In this document: positions 9,260 to 19,598 of the stretch, piece after piece
How the letters are laid out: each line of letters starts with the position of its first letter
Position numbering within the stretch: position 1 is the stretch's first letter
Virus record (IMG/VR): IMGVR_UViG_3300032216_001609
Location: 1 to 47,305 of that record
Origin: a virus
Lineage: Duplodnaviria > Caudoviricetes
Length of the DNA stretch: 47,305 bases
Strand: one strand, 5' to 3'
Notes under the pieces: model-generated
What the model was told of the DNA's origin: nothing
What the model saw: the letters and a program-made list of their open reading frames with translations, nothing else
The model's database searches: none
Made by a program: the position numbers and the translations under genes

Positions 9260-10006
9260 TTATGCTGCAACAACACGGTCTACAATGAAACCATATTCTT
9301 TGCCTGCGTGTGCTGAATCACCTGATGGAAGCAAACGGAATGTTACTGGGAATGTTGATGCTGCGTTACGAGCCAAAGAGAACTGTGACTGTTGTACAGA
9401 AAGAACACGACGTGCATAATATACACGCTCAGTATTTGGAGCTACTGATGTTGTTGGCGCTTGACCAACCGCAATAAGCTGACGCTCTGTTGGTGCTTCG
9501 CCAAGAGCTCCACCTGCAAGACCAAGGGTCTTGGTTGAAGTGTTTCCTGTGCCTGCTGATACCAATGTTTCTGAACGCTGACCAAATACAGCAAGAACGT
9601 TCTCAAGAGTACCTTCTGCCATTTCTGTTGCGATCATAACTTCCATTGTCTCCTTGAAAAGCTTTGCTGAGTCAAGAAGCTGATCTACTGTTACTGAACC
9701 GTATGATGGGTTGTATGTAACCTGAAGACCATTGTTTGTGTAACCTACGTTACGATAGAATGCACCCTTATTTGCTGGTGTACCATCTGTTGCTGCTGTT
9801 GCAGTATCGATAGCATTTAAAGAATCTGTGTAAGAAACGCCTGATGCGAAAGCTGGTACAGACTTATTCTTGTTAGCTACAAACGCATTTACTACGCCTG
9901 CTTCAGCTGCTGGAACATAATCTGCGCTGGTGATGTCTGTTACTGAAAGAAACAGTGGTGACGCACCAACGAGAATATTTCTAGCATTACCTGTGTTTTG
10001 TGCCAT
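9260..10006 (-). CDS. Major tail (tube) protein
   Basis: 248 aa; NILVGASPLF, VGYTNNGL and FPVTFRLLP motifs; own promoter, GGAGG RBS and terminator; lies before the chaperone. Confidence 0.85.
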   Translation of the reverse strand: MAQNTGNARNILVGASPLFLSVTDITSADYVPAAEAGVVNAFVANKNKSVPAFASGVSYTDSLNAIDTATAATDGTPANKGAFYRNVGYTNNGLQVTYNPSYGSVTVDQLLDSAKLFKETMEVMIATEMAEGTLENVLAVFGQRSETLVSAGTGNTSTKTLGLAGGALGEAPTERQLIAVGQAPTTSVAPNTERVYYARRVLSVQQSQFSLARNAASTFPVTFRLLPSGDSAHAGKEYGFIVDRVVAA

Positions 10007-10091
10007 GTTGTAAAACCTCCTGTTAAATAAACATATATATATATTGATTTAATCTAAATCAAAGCTGGCTAGGCTTTTTACCTCATCTCCA

Positions 10092-10120
10092 ATTTTACGG
10101 TATAGTCGATCAAAAGGCAA
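10092..10120 (-). promoter_or_regulatory. Promoter upstream of the major tail gene
   Basis: TTGCCT-N17-TAAAAT. Confidence 0.6.
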
Positions 10121-10121
10121 G

Positions 10122-10631
10122 CTAAATAAATCTGCCGTTTGGCCCTGTAATTCTTGAATACTTGACCTCTAATATTATATCGGCTGATAAAAAGCCTTGA
10201 AGCTCATCAGAGGGGGTTATTGGGGATATGTCTAATAGGTGGGTACTATGAAACTTTAATCTCTGCTCATCTTTGAATTTATTAACATCTTTAGCTGAAT
10301 CATCCATTCTTCTAAATAGGTCTGTCATCAGGTTTCTAATCTCGTATATGTCTGATACTTCTGTAGAATAGACTGTAAATAAAACTTTTTCTGTACATAC
10401 TAACCAGATGTCATCGTAGGATATACCTATTTTATCGTAAACAATATGCTTTTTGCCGCTCAAAAATTGATTAAGTTCTGGCTGCTGTTGAACTGGGATA
10501 ATAGGAATAACTTCCATATTAATATTATCGCTGTAGTAATCATTTGGGTTAAATATCTTTGTAGCCTTTAATTCATTCCACAAAAACTTGCGTAATTCAA
10601 ATATTGAATCTACCTTATAATCTACGATCAT
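10122..10631 (-). CDS. Probable tail terminator / neck protein
   Basis: 169 aa; assigned by synteny (last neck gene before the major tail). Confidence 0.5.
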   Translation of the reverse strand: MIVDYKVDSIFELRKFLWNELKATKIFNPNDYYSDNINMEVIPIIPVQQQPELNQFLSGKKHIVYDKIGISYDDIWLVCTEKVLFTVYSTEVSDIYEIRNLMTDLFRRMDDSAKDVNKFKDEQRLKFHSTHLLDISPITPSDELQGFLSADIILEVKYSRITGPNGRFI

Positions 10632-11416
10632 AATGATCCCCCAAATGCTGCTTGTAGTTGTGCGTCTGCCTCTAATCTTATTTTACCAGGTGTGAAGCTA
10701 TATTGCATTTTTTTAATACCCGATGGTGTCTTTAATGCTTTTGACATTCTTGTATTAAATATGTTTTGAAATCCTGATGCCTTAATTGAGTTATTAACTA
10801 ATTGCCCGCCAAAATATCTTCCATAATGTAATGCAAACTGATGGCTAGAAGAACTTCCTCCAGGGCTTTTAACGGTAACTGAGGTGCCTTTAGGCATAAA
10901 GACTGTTGCACCATTCAATTCGAATACAAGTCGCTCTGCGGACCTTGGGCGGATTATGATAGGCATGCCAGCTTCCATCACAGAAGCTTTATTTGCAAAT
11001 ATATATTTTTTCTTTTGTTTAGCGTTTTTGGAAGGAACGCTAGTCTTAGATAGTTTAAACTCATATCCTATTCTAAATGAAAGTCCGTCCGCATCCATCT
11101 TATTTAGTTTAAATAATCTAAACTGTTCTTGTCCTGTTTTATTCCATTCATATACATGATGCAAAGAATTTGGTTTTACTCTTGCAGAAGAATCTATAAA
11201 CTCTCCAAAATCTTTTTGTATTTGATTAAATATAGTTGTTTTGAATAAATTTTTAAACGATTTATTTGATGTAAGTTTTCCCAAAACATTTGCTTGATAA
11301 TATAAAAATGCTGATATCTGTGCAACGCTACTATCTCGAATAAACCCTGACGGAGTTCCCGCCATCGGTCTTTCTAGTCCGCTTGCTGTTTGTAGGAGTG
11401 CAACACTAGAGTCCAA
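10628..11416 (-). CDS. Neck/tail-completion region protein
   Basis: 262 aa, basic, LHHVYEW motif; lies between the stopper and terminator genes. Confidence 0.5.
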   Translation of the reverse strand: MDSSVALLQTASGLERPMAGTPSGFIRDSSVAQISAFLYYQANVLGKLTSNKSFKNLFKTTIFNQIQKDFGEFIDSSARVKPNSLHHVYEWNKTGQEQFRLFKLNKMDADGLSFRIGYEFKLSKTSVPSKNAKQKKKYIFANKASVMEAGMPIIIRPRSAERLVFELNGATVFMPKGTSVTVKSPGGSSSSHQFALHYGRYFGGQLVNNSIKASGFQNIFNTRMSKALKTPSGIKKMQYSFTPGKIRLEADAQLQAAFGGSL

Positions 11417-11831
11417 TTACCTGATTCTCCGATCTGCGGGCTAAGCAGTTGTAGCCTAAGATTCCGCCAAAAGGATCTGTTATTGGTGTTGTTCCAACTA
11501 GCTCAAATACTGTGGGGGTTTCGGTTGGATAATTAAGTTCTGTCCAAATCACTGTATCTGCTGTATCTCTAATGTTTGTAATTTTTTCTCTGAGAGTTAC
11601 TCTGGCTTCTGTTCTTACTTCAATTGTTTGCTGATTTACGTAATTACTGCCGATAGTTTGTTTATCTGCAGAACGTGATGAGGAGTTTGTAATTATGCCT
11701 TTAGCATAACAAGGAACTGTTCTAGAATACATCCATGATTTTTTAATAGCTCCAGTATCTGGATCTTGTATGTCCTGCTGAATATATACATCCATTTTCA
11801 TATTTAAAATAGAATCAACAAGACTATTCAT
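11406..11831 (-). CDS. Head-to-tail stopper (head closure) protein
   Basis: 141 aa, beta-rich, QDPDTGAIKKSW motif; follows the adaptor. Confidence 0.6.
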   Translation of the reverse strand: MNSLVDSILNMKMDVYIQQDIQDPDTGAIKKSWMYSRTVPCYAKGIITNSSSRSADKQTIGSNYVNQQTIEVRTEARVTLREKITNIRDTADTVIWTELNYPTETPTVFELVGTTPITDPFGGILGYNCLARRSENQVIGL

Positions 11832-11832
11832 T

Positions 11833-12810
11833 TTATATCAATACCATTTTATTAATTACATAAGGAAGTAATAGCTGATCTACATAATTATTGCCTGTTC
11901 CTGCAAAAGTTGCAGAATTAAAATCAAACTGCCAGTCAAATGTAGATATGCTCTTTATATACTTATTTCTCCAAACTTTATCTTTGGAAAAATAATCTTT
12001 TATTAATTCTATGCATGCCATTTCAACTTCATCTGGAACTTCCGCCCAACCGTATATACCAGACACCTTGTATCTTGAATCTTTATTAAATACGCCTGAG
12101 TAATCATTAATAGTTGGTGGCACCATTCCATTAGCAATGTATACACTATTATCAAGCATATTGGCACGATTAACTCTCACGCCAAATCCGCTTTCTGCAA
12201 CCTGAACTGGAATACCCCAATTATTAACATTATTAATAGTATCAATAAGTAGTATGTCGTTTACATATATCTCATGTATATTATTTATTTTATAAGAAAG
12301 AGGAAGTATATCTGTTCCTGCTCCGTAAACTACGTTTACATCATCATATAAATAAAACTTTTGCTGAGTATAATTTTCAATTACTTTACGTGCATATTTT
12401 TCTGCTTCAAGAAGCTCTTGATATGTTTTATGATTTGGATCATTATAATCAGATCCAAAACCAAGGGTATCTGCAGCTTGAGAAATATCTACATACGGCT
12501 TAATAACATACACTTCATGTCTTTTTAAAACTGGAGAACCATCAACTTCATAAGACCATTCCGCACGTAGTTCTCTTGTAGAATTAGTTATGCTTAAGTC
12601 TGGGTAAAAATTATATACTCCGATATCAGTTTCTGATTGTTCCGCTGTTCCAGTGGAAAGTAACGTCCCTGACTCCACAGCTGGAAGATCTTCACTAGAT
12701 TCTGTAATATCATATAGGCGCACTTCGGGAAGATTATCTGCGTATGCAGATTCACCTTTCCAAAATACTCTATGTCTTATTGCTGAGTTTGTGCCTACTA
12801 ATATTTCCAT
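11833..12810 (-). CDS. Head-to-tail adaptor
   Basis: 325 aa; ARKVIENYTQQKF, YGWAEVPDEVEMAC and TGNNYVDQLLLPY resemble gp6/gp15-like adaptors. Confidence 0.7.
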   Translation of the reverse strand: MEILVGTNSAIRHRVFWKGESAYADNLPEVRLYDITESSEDLPAVESGTLLSTGTAEQSETDIGVYNFYPDLSITNSTRELRAEWSYEVDGSPVLKRHEVYVIKPYVDISQAADTLGFGSDYNDPNHKTYQELLEAEKYARKVIENYTQQKFYLYDDVNVVYGAGTDILPLSYKINNIHEIYVNDILLIDTINNVNNWGIPVQVAESGFGVRVNRANMLDNSVYIANGMVPPTINDYSGVFNKDSRYKVSGIYGWAEVPDEVEMACIELIKDYFSKDKVWRNKYIKSISTFDWQFDFNSATFAGTGNNYVDQLLLPYVINKMVLI

Positions 12811-12826
12811 TAACTTATGTTAACGT

Positions 12827-13219
12827 TTAGTTATAGAAGTCTTGAACTTCCTTTGGTGTCGCTAAACGAAAACCCTCCTCTGAATCAAAAATTTTTTGAG
12901 CATCTTCTTCTGACATTGCCACAAAAGGGTGATCCTTTGTAAATGTGTGACCATGAATATCATATCTCATGTTTTCTCTTGTCATTCTAACAAGCACTGT
13001 ATCTTCAGGCTGAGCCTTTGGATCAAACTTTGGAAGAATTTCAATCTCTTCTGTTGCTTCTTCAATTGCTTCAAGTGTACTCTGGTAAACTTCCCAGGTG
13101 ACGCCTTCTTCTGATAATGCTGCAATTATGTCTTTTTTATTTTTTAGGTTTTCTGTATCAACTGCAAAATCTGTTGCAATTACTTTTAATTCGGCTACCT
13201 TTAATGTGTCAAACGACAT
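12827..13219 (-). CDS. Conserved head-module protein with an N-terminal Rho-N/HeH-like motif
   Basis: 130 aa, acidic; FDTLKVAELKVIA...KNKKDIIAAL; AAGGAG RBS. Confidence 0.55.
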   Translation of the reverse strand: MSFDTLKVAELKVIATDFAVDTENLKNKKDIIAALSEEGVTWEVYQSTLEAIEEATEEIEILPKFDPKAQPEDTVLVRMTRENMRYDIHGHTFTKDHPFVAMSEEDAQKIFDSEEGFRLATPKEVQDFYN

Positions 13220-13248
13220 ATTTATTTCTCCTTTTTCTAGGTCCTTTA

Positions 13249-13257
13249 ATTATAGCA
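13249..13257 (-). promoter_or_regulatory. Extended -10 promoter
   Basis: TGCTATAAT just downstream of the capsid terminator. Confidence 0.6.
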
Positions 13258-13272
13258 TTGATAAATTAAAAT

Positions 13273-13304
13273 GAAAAGCCCCCAAAATTAATTGGGGGCT
13301 TTTC
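13273..13304. terminator. Intrinsic terminator after the major capsid gene (potentially bidirectional)
   Basis: GAAAAGCCCCCAA-aattaa-TTGGGGGCTTTTC perfect inverted repeat. Confidence 0.85.
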
Positions 13305-13326
13305 TTGCAAGTCAATTCTAAATTAA

Positions 13327-14376
13327 TTAGGAAGCGACTTTAACGTTCTTTACGACTACCCAAGCATCTGCTTGTTCAATCTGTACGCCGACTCTTGTGT
13401 ACATTGTGTACTCAATTGAGTCCTTGCGTGGCCAGAAGAAGCGGTAAACAGTTACATCACGCTTGATACCAATAACAACGTTATTTGGGAATGTCAAGTG
13501 GACGTCTCCGTGTGAACCTGATGGGCTTGAATATGTACCTGTCTGTGTCTCAGGAAGCAATGGAACTTCAACGATTGGAATACCAAATGCGTATGGAGCT
13601 ACATATCCTGCTGGACCTCCAAGAACTGGAACATCACCACGGATTATGCCTGAAGCAATATCCTGTGGAGTAACGTTCTGAATGTTCTGTGAGTTAGAGT
13701 ATAGGTAATCCTGGATCAAGTTTGATCCTGCAAGGAAGCGAAGGTCTGTACGACGTTGCTTGTACTTACGTGGGAGTGCCTTGAGAGCTGAGTTAAATAC
13801 TGCACGAGAAATTCCCGCACCAGCTGCATCGACTACGTGACCGCTTGTCTTTGCTTTCTTAACTGCACCGTCAAATGACTTGTAAAGAGCATCGCTTGAA
13901 AGTGATGTATCACCGTTAAGGATAACATCTTCAATGTCGTTACCTGCCTGTGTTGCCATCAAACGTGCAATGTGATCTTCGAGATCTGCACCTTCGATGT
14001 TATCTTCTAGAGATTCTGTTGAAAGCTCCCAGTCCATGCGAAGCTTCTTTGTTGTGAGAGAGATCTTTGAGAATGTAACTCCGCTGTTTGCTGCGGTATT
14101 CTCGCCTTCTGATGCAAGCTTTACAAGCTTCTCACCAATCGACATACGATCAATTTCTGTTGTGTCAGCCTTCATGCGAACAGTACGTGCAACCTTACCA
14201 ATTACGGTAGCGTCGAACATATAGTCCAAGAATCTTGCTGATTGTTCTGGGTTAAGAAGACCACCGTTGCCATTTTCTGAAGCAACGTGGACGCCTGTTC
14301 CACCAGTTGATGAGCCAAAACCAGTTGATACTGTTGCACCAGCTGCTGCGGCCTTTTCTAATAATTCATTACTCAT
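13327..14376 (-). CDS. Major capsid protein (HK97 fold)
   Basis: 349 aa; GGLLNPEQSARF, WELSTESLEDNIEG and GNDIEDVILNGD motifs; follows the protease and precedes a strong terminator. Confidence 0.92.
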   Translation of the reverse strand: MSNELLEKAAAAGATVSTGFGSSTGGTGVHVASENGNGGLLNPEQSARFLDYMFDATVIGKVARTVRMKADTTEIDRMSIGEKLVKLASEGENTAANSGVTFSKISLTTKKLRMDWELSTESLEDNIEGADLEDHIARLMATQAGNDIEDVILNGDTSLSSDALYKSFDGAVKKAKTSGHVVDAAGAGISRAVFNSALKALPRKYKQRRTDLRFLAGSNLIQDYLYSNSQNIQNVTPQDIASGIIRGDVPVLGGPAGYVAPYAFGIPIVEVPLLPETQTGTYSSPSGSHGDVHLTFPNNVVIGIKRDVTVYRFFWPRKDSIEYTMYTRVGVQIEQADAWVVVKNVKVAS

Positions 14377-14397
14377 TTTTATTTCACCTACCTTATT

Positions 14398-15750
14398 TTA
14401 GTTAAAGATTTCATTTACGGAACCGAGGAAAGCTCCTGACCATTTTGATTTTGATTTAGTAAAAACCTCAGACCCGCCAAGGTCAGAGGACTTCTTAATT
14501 GCGGTATCGCCTTCTACAGCATCTACTCGCTTTTGAACACCGTCGATAGTGCCCTTTATTTCTGCAACAGCTTCACTAAGTGCGCTGTGCTTTTCTGCCA
14601 ACTCAAGAATTCTAGCATCAACATTTTTGCTAAAAGATTCAACAGATGTCTTAATTTCTGTGACCTGTGCAGCATTTGCTTCAGTAGCCTTTGTGAGTGT
14701 TTCAGAGAAAAAGCCCTTTAGGTCGCCTAACATTTTTGCAAAATCAGGTTCATCAACCTCTGTTGCTGCGGCTGCTTCTTCAACGTGAACGGCAGAGGTC
14801 TCTTCAGTTGCAGCTTCTGCAACATCCAATGATTTGTCAAAAAGATTGACGTTTGATTCATCTGCTGCTGGAGCTTCTACAGCTTCTGCCACAGGTGTTT
14901 CTTCAACGACTGCTGCTTCCGCTACTGGAGCTTCTACAACATTATCAATGTTTGTATCTGACATTTTATTACCTCCTTCTACGTTTGCCTGTTTTGCTAA
15001 TTGTGTTTCAGGCAACGGTAATCTTGACTTCTTAAATGAAGCAAGAATCTTATCTATTTCTTTTGACTTGTTCATATCTGAACTTTCTACCCAACCAATT
15101 AGCGTAGCTGGCTTTCCAGATATTGGTGAATCAAAAGTTTTTTCTGTAGACATAAATACAGAATCACTATCTTCACAATAAAAAATATTTTCGGTAACAA
15201 CTTCTGTTGCTAAACCTTTGTAAACCATTTTCCCGCCAACCTTTTCAATAGAAAAGATATTGCATAGTTCATTAGCTGGTGAATCTACAATTGACAACTC
15301 AATAAGATCATAGTCTTTAATAAATCTAACTGCTTCACCTGTTGCTTTATTAACTTCATTATCTGATTCTTTAATTTTTCCGCCAATTGAAAAACCAGAA
15401 AGAGTGCCATCAAGAACTTTTTCCCAAGTATCCTGTGCACCCTTTGAAATGTATGATGTTACATAAACACCATTGTAAAAAGTTTGAGACTTCTGGTCAT
15501 AGTATGTTTCAGGTTTAAAAGAAACAACTTTACCAACTGCAGTTGACTGATGCATCTCACGGAGATTTCCTCTAAAATTTTCAAAAGCTTTAATGCTTGC
15601 TTCTGCTGTTACGACATCTCCAGTCCGATCTACATTGTCTAATGTAGCAAAACCAGACACGGTTCTCTTCTCACGATTAACCTTTGTAAAGGGTACGGAG
15701 AGATGAAGGCTTTCACCATCGCTTGACCAGTGTGACTTTTCGATGTTCAT
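14398..15750 (-). CDS. Prohead protease fused to a scaffold domain
   Basis: REMH, GFSIGG and ELSIVDSPAN motifs of HK97-type (S78) proteases; acidic, coiled-coil C-terminus. Confidence 0.9.
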   Translation of the reverse strand: MNIEKSHWSSDGESLHLSVPFTKVNREKRTVSGFATLDNVDRTGDVVTAEASIKAFENFRGNLREMHQSTAVGKVVSFKPETYYDQKSQTFYNGVYVTSYISKGAQDTWEKVLDGTLSGFSIGGKIKESDNEVNKATGEAVRFIKDYDLIELSIVDSPANELCNIFSIEKVGGKMVYKGLATEVVTENIFYCEDSDSVFMSTEKTFDSPISGKPATLIGWVESSDMNKSKEIDKILASFKKSRLPLPETQLAKQANVEGGNKMSDTNIDNVVEAPVAEAAVVEETPVAEAVEAPAADESNVNLFDKSLDVAEAATEETSAVHVEEAAAATEVDEPDFAKMLGDLKGFFSETLTKATEANAAQVTEIKTSVESFSKNVDARILELAEKHSALSEAVAEIKGTIDGVQKRVDAVEGDTAIKKSSDLGGSEVFTKSKSKWSGAFLGSVNEIFN

Positions 15751-15757
15751 ATGCTTA

Positions 15758-15786
15758 ATTTTATAGGTTTATCTACTCTAACGCAA
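15758..15786 (-). promoter_or_regulatory. Promoter, likely giving a leaderless mRNA for the protease
   Basis: TTGCGT-N17-TAAAAT, then 7 nt to the ATG; no SD. Confidence 0.6.
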
Positions 15787-15803
15787 ATAGCAGTTGATTA
15801 AAC

Positions 15804-17396
15804 TTATTTGACTTTAGGACCATCGCCTTTAGCATTCCTGCCCTCTCCATTTTTATCTGGAGCATTGACGGCTCTTTGCTGGTCTCTGGTTTTATTTCCA
15901 GTGGACTTAGCCTGTTGATCTGCCGCCTGCTGTGGCTTCAATTCTACGACTTTATCTCCACCTTCGATGGTTGTCATATTCTTTCTAAGTCTAACTTCAT
16001 TAGGAGTAATTACCTGCATTCTCAAATAAATTTCATCAATTTGGCTTTGAGTTAATTCGTCGGTCAAACTAAGTTCATTAAATTTAAGTTGAACAACATC
16101 TGTTTTTTCGGCAATTAAATAATTTAATTTCTTTTCTAGTCTGTCCTGTGCTGGACGGCAAACCTGCTCTTTAAAGGTTTTATCGGCATCTCTAGCTACC
16201 GCCAAATTGACACCTTCGGGTGTTCCTATCTTATTAATTGGAACACGATGAGCAAGTAAAATTTCATCTCTATTTGTTTTACGATAAATGTTAAATGAAG
16301 ATTCTTGCTCTCCTGCTTCGATTGGCTCCATTTTAAATTCAGTTTTTGAATCTGGTGTATCTGCTGGCAATGGGATATAAAGCGATCTATGATTTTTGCC
16401 CTTTAATCCAACCTGGAAAAACTCAAGAAGTTTTCTTTCTGATTCTGGTGAAAGTTTTGCTCCTTTAACTGTAATAATATATCTTGGTACAGCTTTATTT
16501 TCAAAATAATCAAGGTTATATCTTCCAGCAAATTCGTTTCCTGCCAACGCTTGCTGAGCTGCAATAATATCTGGCACACCGTAATAGTTATTCATTGGTG
16601 TGTATTTCTTTAAATGAATAATTTCATTTGGGCGATCTTCTTGTCCTGCAATTGGGCTAGGTGTTTCTAGGTCTCCAAAATTTCTAAAGAAAACTGCCTT
16701 GCCATAAAGTAATTGGATGAAGCCATCACGGAATCTACGCACACGCATTGTTTTAGCTGGTATATGGCCGATGTAGCCTATGTCACCTGCTGTTGTACGT
16801 CCTATCTCAATGTAGCCATTTCCAGTCGCCTCAAGGTCTGTGTAGGCCTTTATAAGGGTCTCTGTGAATGACTCTTCTTCGTTGCAGTCATCAAGCCATT
16901 TATCCAATTGTGTTTTGATTCTATCAATCTTTGAACGAGCTCTATCTAATTGTTTTGGATCATTAATTGCATCCATAGCATCTTTAGCTTTGTCTGTTTC
17001 TGTAAACATATATCCTAGGCCAACGATATTAGAGACCTTTGCATTAATTGCTGCATAATTATATGTAGATATTTCATATATCTTTGATAGATATTCTAAA
17101 TTATATGTTGGCTCAACTAAATCAAAAAGAGCATATCCGCTAATTGCTTGTTGTAATAAATTTTGTTGAGTACTTACTCCGCTTGTTCCGACAAAAGCTT
17201 TTGAAAAATCACGATTTAATTTACGCTTAAAGCTTGTTCCGAGCCCTCTTAATTTTTTAATCTCATCTAACCCAATATTAAATGGGTCTTCATGCTCTTC
17301 CGCTTTTTTAAAAGAAAACCAGTCTGCGGTATTTGATATGTCAATGCTTTGAACGCTATCAATTTCATCTTCCATAAATTCTATTTTACGTGTCAT
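15804..17396 (-). CDS. Portal protein (PBSX/HK97-like)
   Basis: 530 aa; DLEATGNGYIE, NEIIHLK...YYGVP, YFENKAVP, EILLAHRVP and ITPNEVR motifs. Confidence 0.92.
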   Translation of the reverse strand: MTRKIEFMEDEIDSVQSIDISNTADWFSFKKAEEHEDPFNIGLDEIKKLRGLGTSFKRKLNRDFSKAFVGTSGVSTQQNLLQQAISGYALFDLVEPTYNLEYLSKIYEISTYNYAAINAKVSNIVGLGYMFTETDKAKDAMDAINDPKQLDRARSKIDRIKTQLDKWLDDCNEEESFTETLIKAYTDLEATGNGYIEIGRTTAGDIGYIGHIPAKTMRVRRFRDGFIQLLYGKAVFFRNFGDLETPSPIAGQEDRPNEIIHLKKYTPMNNYYGVPDIIAAQQALAGNEFAGRYNLDYFENKAVPRYIITVKGAKLSPESERKLLEFFQVGLKGKNHRSLYIPLPADTPDSKTEFKMEPIEAGEQESSFNIYRKTNRDEILLAHRVPINKIGTPEGVNLAVARDADKTFKEQVCRPAQDRLEKKLNYLIAEKTDVVQLKFNELSLTDELTQSQIDEIYLRMQVITPNEVRLRKNMTTIEGGDKVVELKPQQAADQQAKSTGNKTRDQQRAVNAPDKNGEGRNAKGDGPKVK

Positions 17397-17731
17397 TCGA
17401 CTGCACCATTTCTTAACATTGAATCTTTATATACACCAATATCTAGTGGGTCTGGTGTTAATCCCCATTTAAGTCTTTCGTGCTGATGTTGGAATTCTTC
17501 GTCATCAATCTTTCTGCGTCCTGAAAGAAACTTGGGTGCGCCTTCGTATATACCGTACGAGCTAACTTCTCTAGCCAAAGCATCGATTCTGGACTTATTG
17601 CCTTTTTTGGACGTGATCGAAAGAAAGTTGCCATCGTCGTCTCCAATCCATCTGCCGTCAGGCATTTCCCACACATATATACCCAATGTGGTTTCCTCAA
17701 TAATTTTAGTATTTTTATTTAAGATGTCCAT
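17393..17731 (-). CDS. Hypothetical protein upstream of the portal
   Basis: 112 aa; overlaps the portal start by 4 nt; has its own promoter. Confidence 0.7.
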   Translation of the reverse strand: MDILNKNTKIIEETTLGIYVWEMPDGRWIGDDDGNFLSITSKKGNKSRIDALAREVSSYGIYEGAPKFLSGRRKIDDEEFQHQHERLKWGLTPDPLDIGVYKDSMLRNGAVE

Positions 17732-17739
17732 AGACCATA

Positions 17740-17768
17740 ATCATACCATTAATCAATGTTAAAGTCCA
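17740..17768 (-). promoter_or_regulatory. Promoter for the portal operon, probably leaderless
   Basis: TGGACT-N17-TATGAT with extended TG; 8 nt to the ATG. Confidence 0.55.
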
Positions 17769-17792
17769 GATTTTGTCAACTGTGTGTACAAT

Positions 17793-19595
17793 TTATATGG
17801 ATACTGCATCTGGCTGAACAGAAAGTACAAGGTACGGGGTTGAATTTGTACCTGCCGTTGACTCTGAAATGGTTACCATTGAGTCTGATATTTGCTGAAC
17901 CAGGTTATCGGTGTACAAAAGATAATGTCTTGCAACGGTATAGGGGGTAAATGCACTCGGGTATATGGCTAAATTATTATACATATTTGATCCGCCAGAT
18001 TTGGTGTCGTCTTGATTTTGATTAAATTTTAAATTTGAGGAAATTGCAGACGATAGGACTATTACTACATAATGGGGTATACCTGCTGAAAAGAAATCAG
18101 ATATATTGGTTGATGAGGTTTTATTTATGCCATTAATATATACTGCAGATACCCCCACTTTATTTATAACCCCCTGATTATTCCATTCATATATGCTGGA
18201 AGGACCTGAGAATAAAACATTTTGAGATCCATCTGGGGTAAATATTAATTCAATTGTTCTTGTTGATAAATCTGAATTAATTTTAAATCCGTGTTTATTG
18301 TACATCTTTAATCCATTATTTTTATTATATGACAAAATGGTTTTATTGCTACTTGGTAAAGAATAATCATAATCAGATGATATATAGTATCCAAAATTAT
18401 CACAATAAAAGTTTTTATTGCTAAAGAAATCTATGCTTATAGATCTTAAGATTGGTAAATATTGAGTTGTATCTGATGAAGACATTGTTACCTTTAAATA
18501 AAAAACTCCAGCTCCACTGTTATCATTTTTATTAAAAAATGGAAGAGGAGATCCATTAACACAGTTTTGCCAGCTGGTTCCATCTAAGCTAACTTGAATA
18601 GATATGCCATCTGTATCTGAATCCCAATATATTTGAGAGCTTGTTATTGAAGAGTAATTTGGGACTAGGACTGTATCTACAAAATTAAATGACCCTGAAA
18701 GAGAACTGTCAAAATACAAATATTGTTCATCTACTGATAATTTAATATCTTGATTAATAAAATTTTTCCATGATTTTGATTTTGGATATGAATAATTAAA
18801 TATTGGTTTCATCATATATGTATTCATGCTAAATAGATACCCGCCATCATTGTGCACAATCTGTGAATAATTAACTTCTTTAATTCCCATATTATAATGC
18901 TTTAATATTTGAGCATCGGTTAAATTAAATTTATAAAACCCAACACAATCTAATATAAAATAATTGGCCGAAGGCCCTGATTTAAAAGATACTGAAGAGT
19001 TAGTAAATTGATATTGGTTTAAATTTAAGTAATTAACCTTCTTGCCATTTATATATAAAGATATTCCGCTTGAAGAAAAATGTCCGACAACGTATATACT
19101 TTGAGTATTACTTACTTTATATTGAACTTTATTAGATCCGACTTTAAATATTAAATTTCCATTTTTATAAAAAAATCCTATTTGGTTTGTTGAGTCCCCC
19201 AATATAGTTATTTCATTAGAGCTATAATCTGGAAGAACTGTCCAAAACTCGATGGAGAAAGCGTTATCTGAATAATAAGAGTTTGCAATTCCTGGAACAT
19301 TAAAGTTTAATATTGTATCTGAAACAATTTTTGTTCCTCTGACTCCACCAGCAATTAGTGGCATTAGCTCTGAAGAAGAAGCATTAATTGCATACCCGTC
19401 ATAAGCGTTTCCTGAATAGTCATACATGGGAAGACCACTTAAAGCAGAATAGGAAATACCATGATCTCTTAGGTCTGCATAAGTGGCAAACGTAGATCTT
19501 AAATTATTATAAGAACCAACTGTTCCAGAACGTACTTCATCTAGTAGATAAAAAGATGTTGGCTTATCTTGTAAGACTGTATATTTATATGACAT
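17793..19595 (-). CDS. LamG/concanavalin-A-like virion protein
   Basis: 600 aa; YTVLQDKP..FYLLDE start, FSIEFW, LYING and YKFNLTDAQILKHY; second degenerate copy at the C-terminus. Confidence 0.7.
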   Translation of the reverse strand: MSYKYTVLQDKPTSFYLLDEVRSGTVGSYNNLRSTFATYADLRDHGISYSALSGLPMYDYSGNAYDGYAINASSSELMPLIAGGVRGTKIVSDTILNFNVPGIANSYYSDNAFSIEFWTVLPDYSSNEITILGDSTNQIGFFYKNGNLIFKVGSNKVQYKVSNTQSIYVVGHFSSSGISLYINGKKVNYLNLNQYQFTNSSVSFKSGPSANYFILDCVGFYKFNLTDAQILKHYNMGIKEVNYSQIVHNDGGYLFSMNTYMMKPIFNYSYPKSKSWKNFINQDIKLSVDEQYLYFDSSLSGSFNFVDTVLVPNYSSITSSQIYWDSDTDGISIQVSLDGTSWQNCVNGSPLPFFNKNDNSGAGVFYLKVTMSSSDTTQYLPILRSISIDFFSNKNFYCDNFGYYISSDYDYSLPSSNKTILSYNKNNGLKMYNKHGFKINSDLSTRTIELIFTPDGSQNVLFSGPSSIYEWNNQGVINKVGVSAVYINGINKTSSTNISDFFSAGIPHYVVIVLSSAISSNLKFNQNQDDTKSGGSNMYNNLAIYPSAFTPYTVARHYLLYTDNLVQQISDSMVTISESTAGTNSTPYLVLSVQPDAVSI

Positions 19596-19598
19596 GTC

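Noticed and set aside
17393-17731. Gene before the portal as a terminase subunit
   Set aside because: It has no recognisable terminase motifs, and no large terminase ATPase/nuclease is present in this window.
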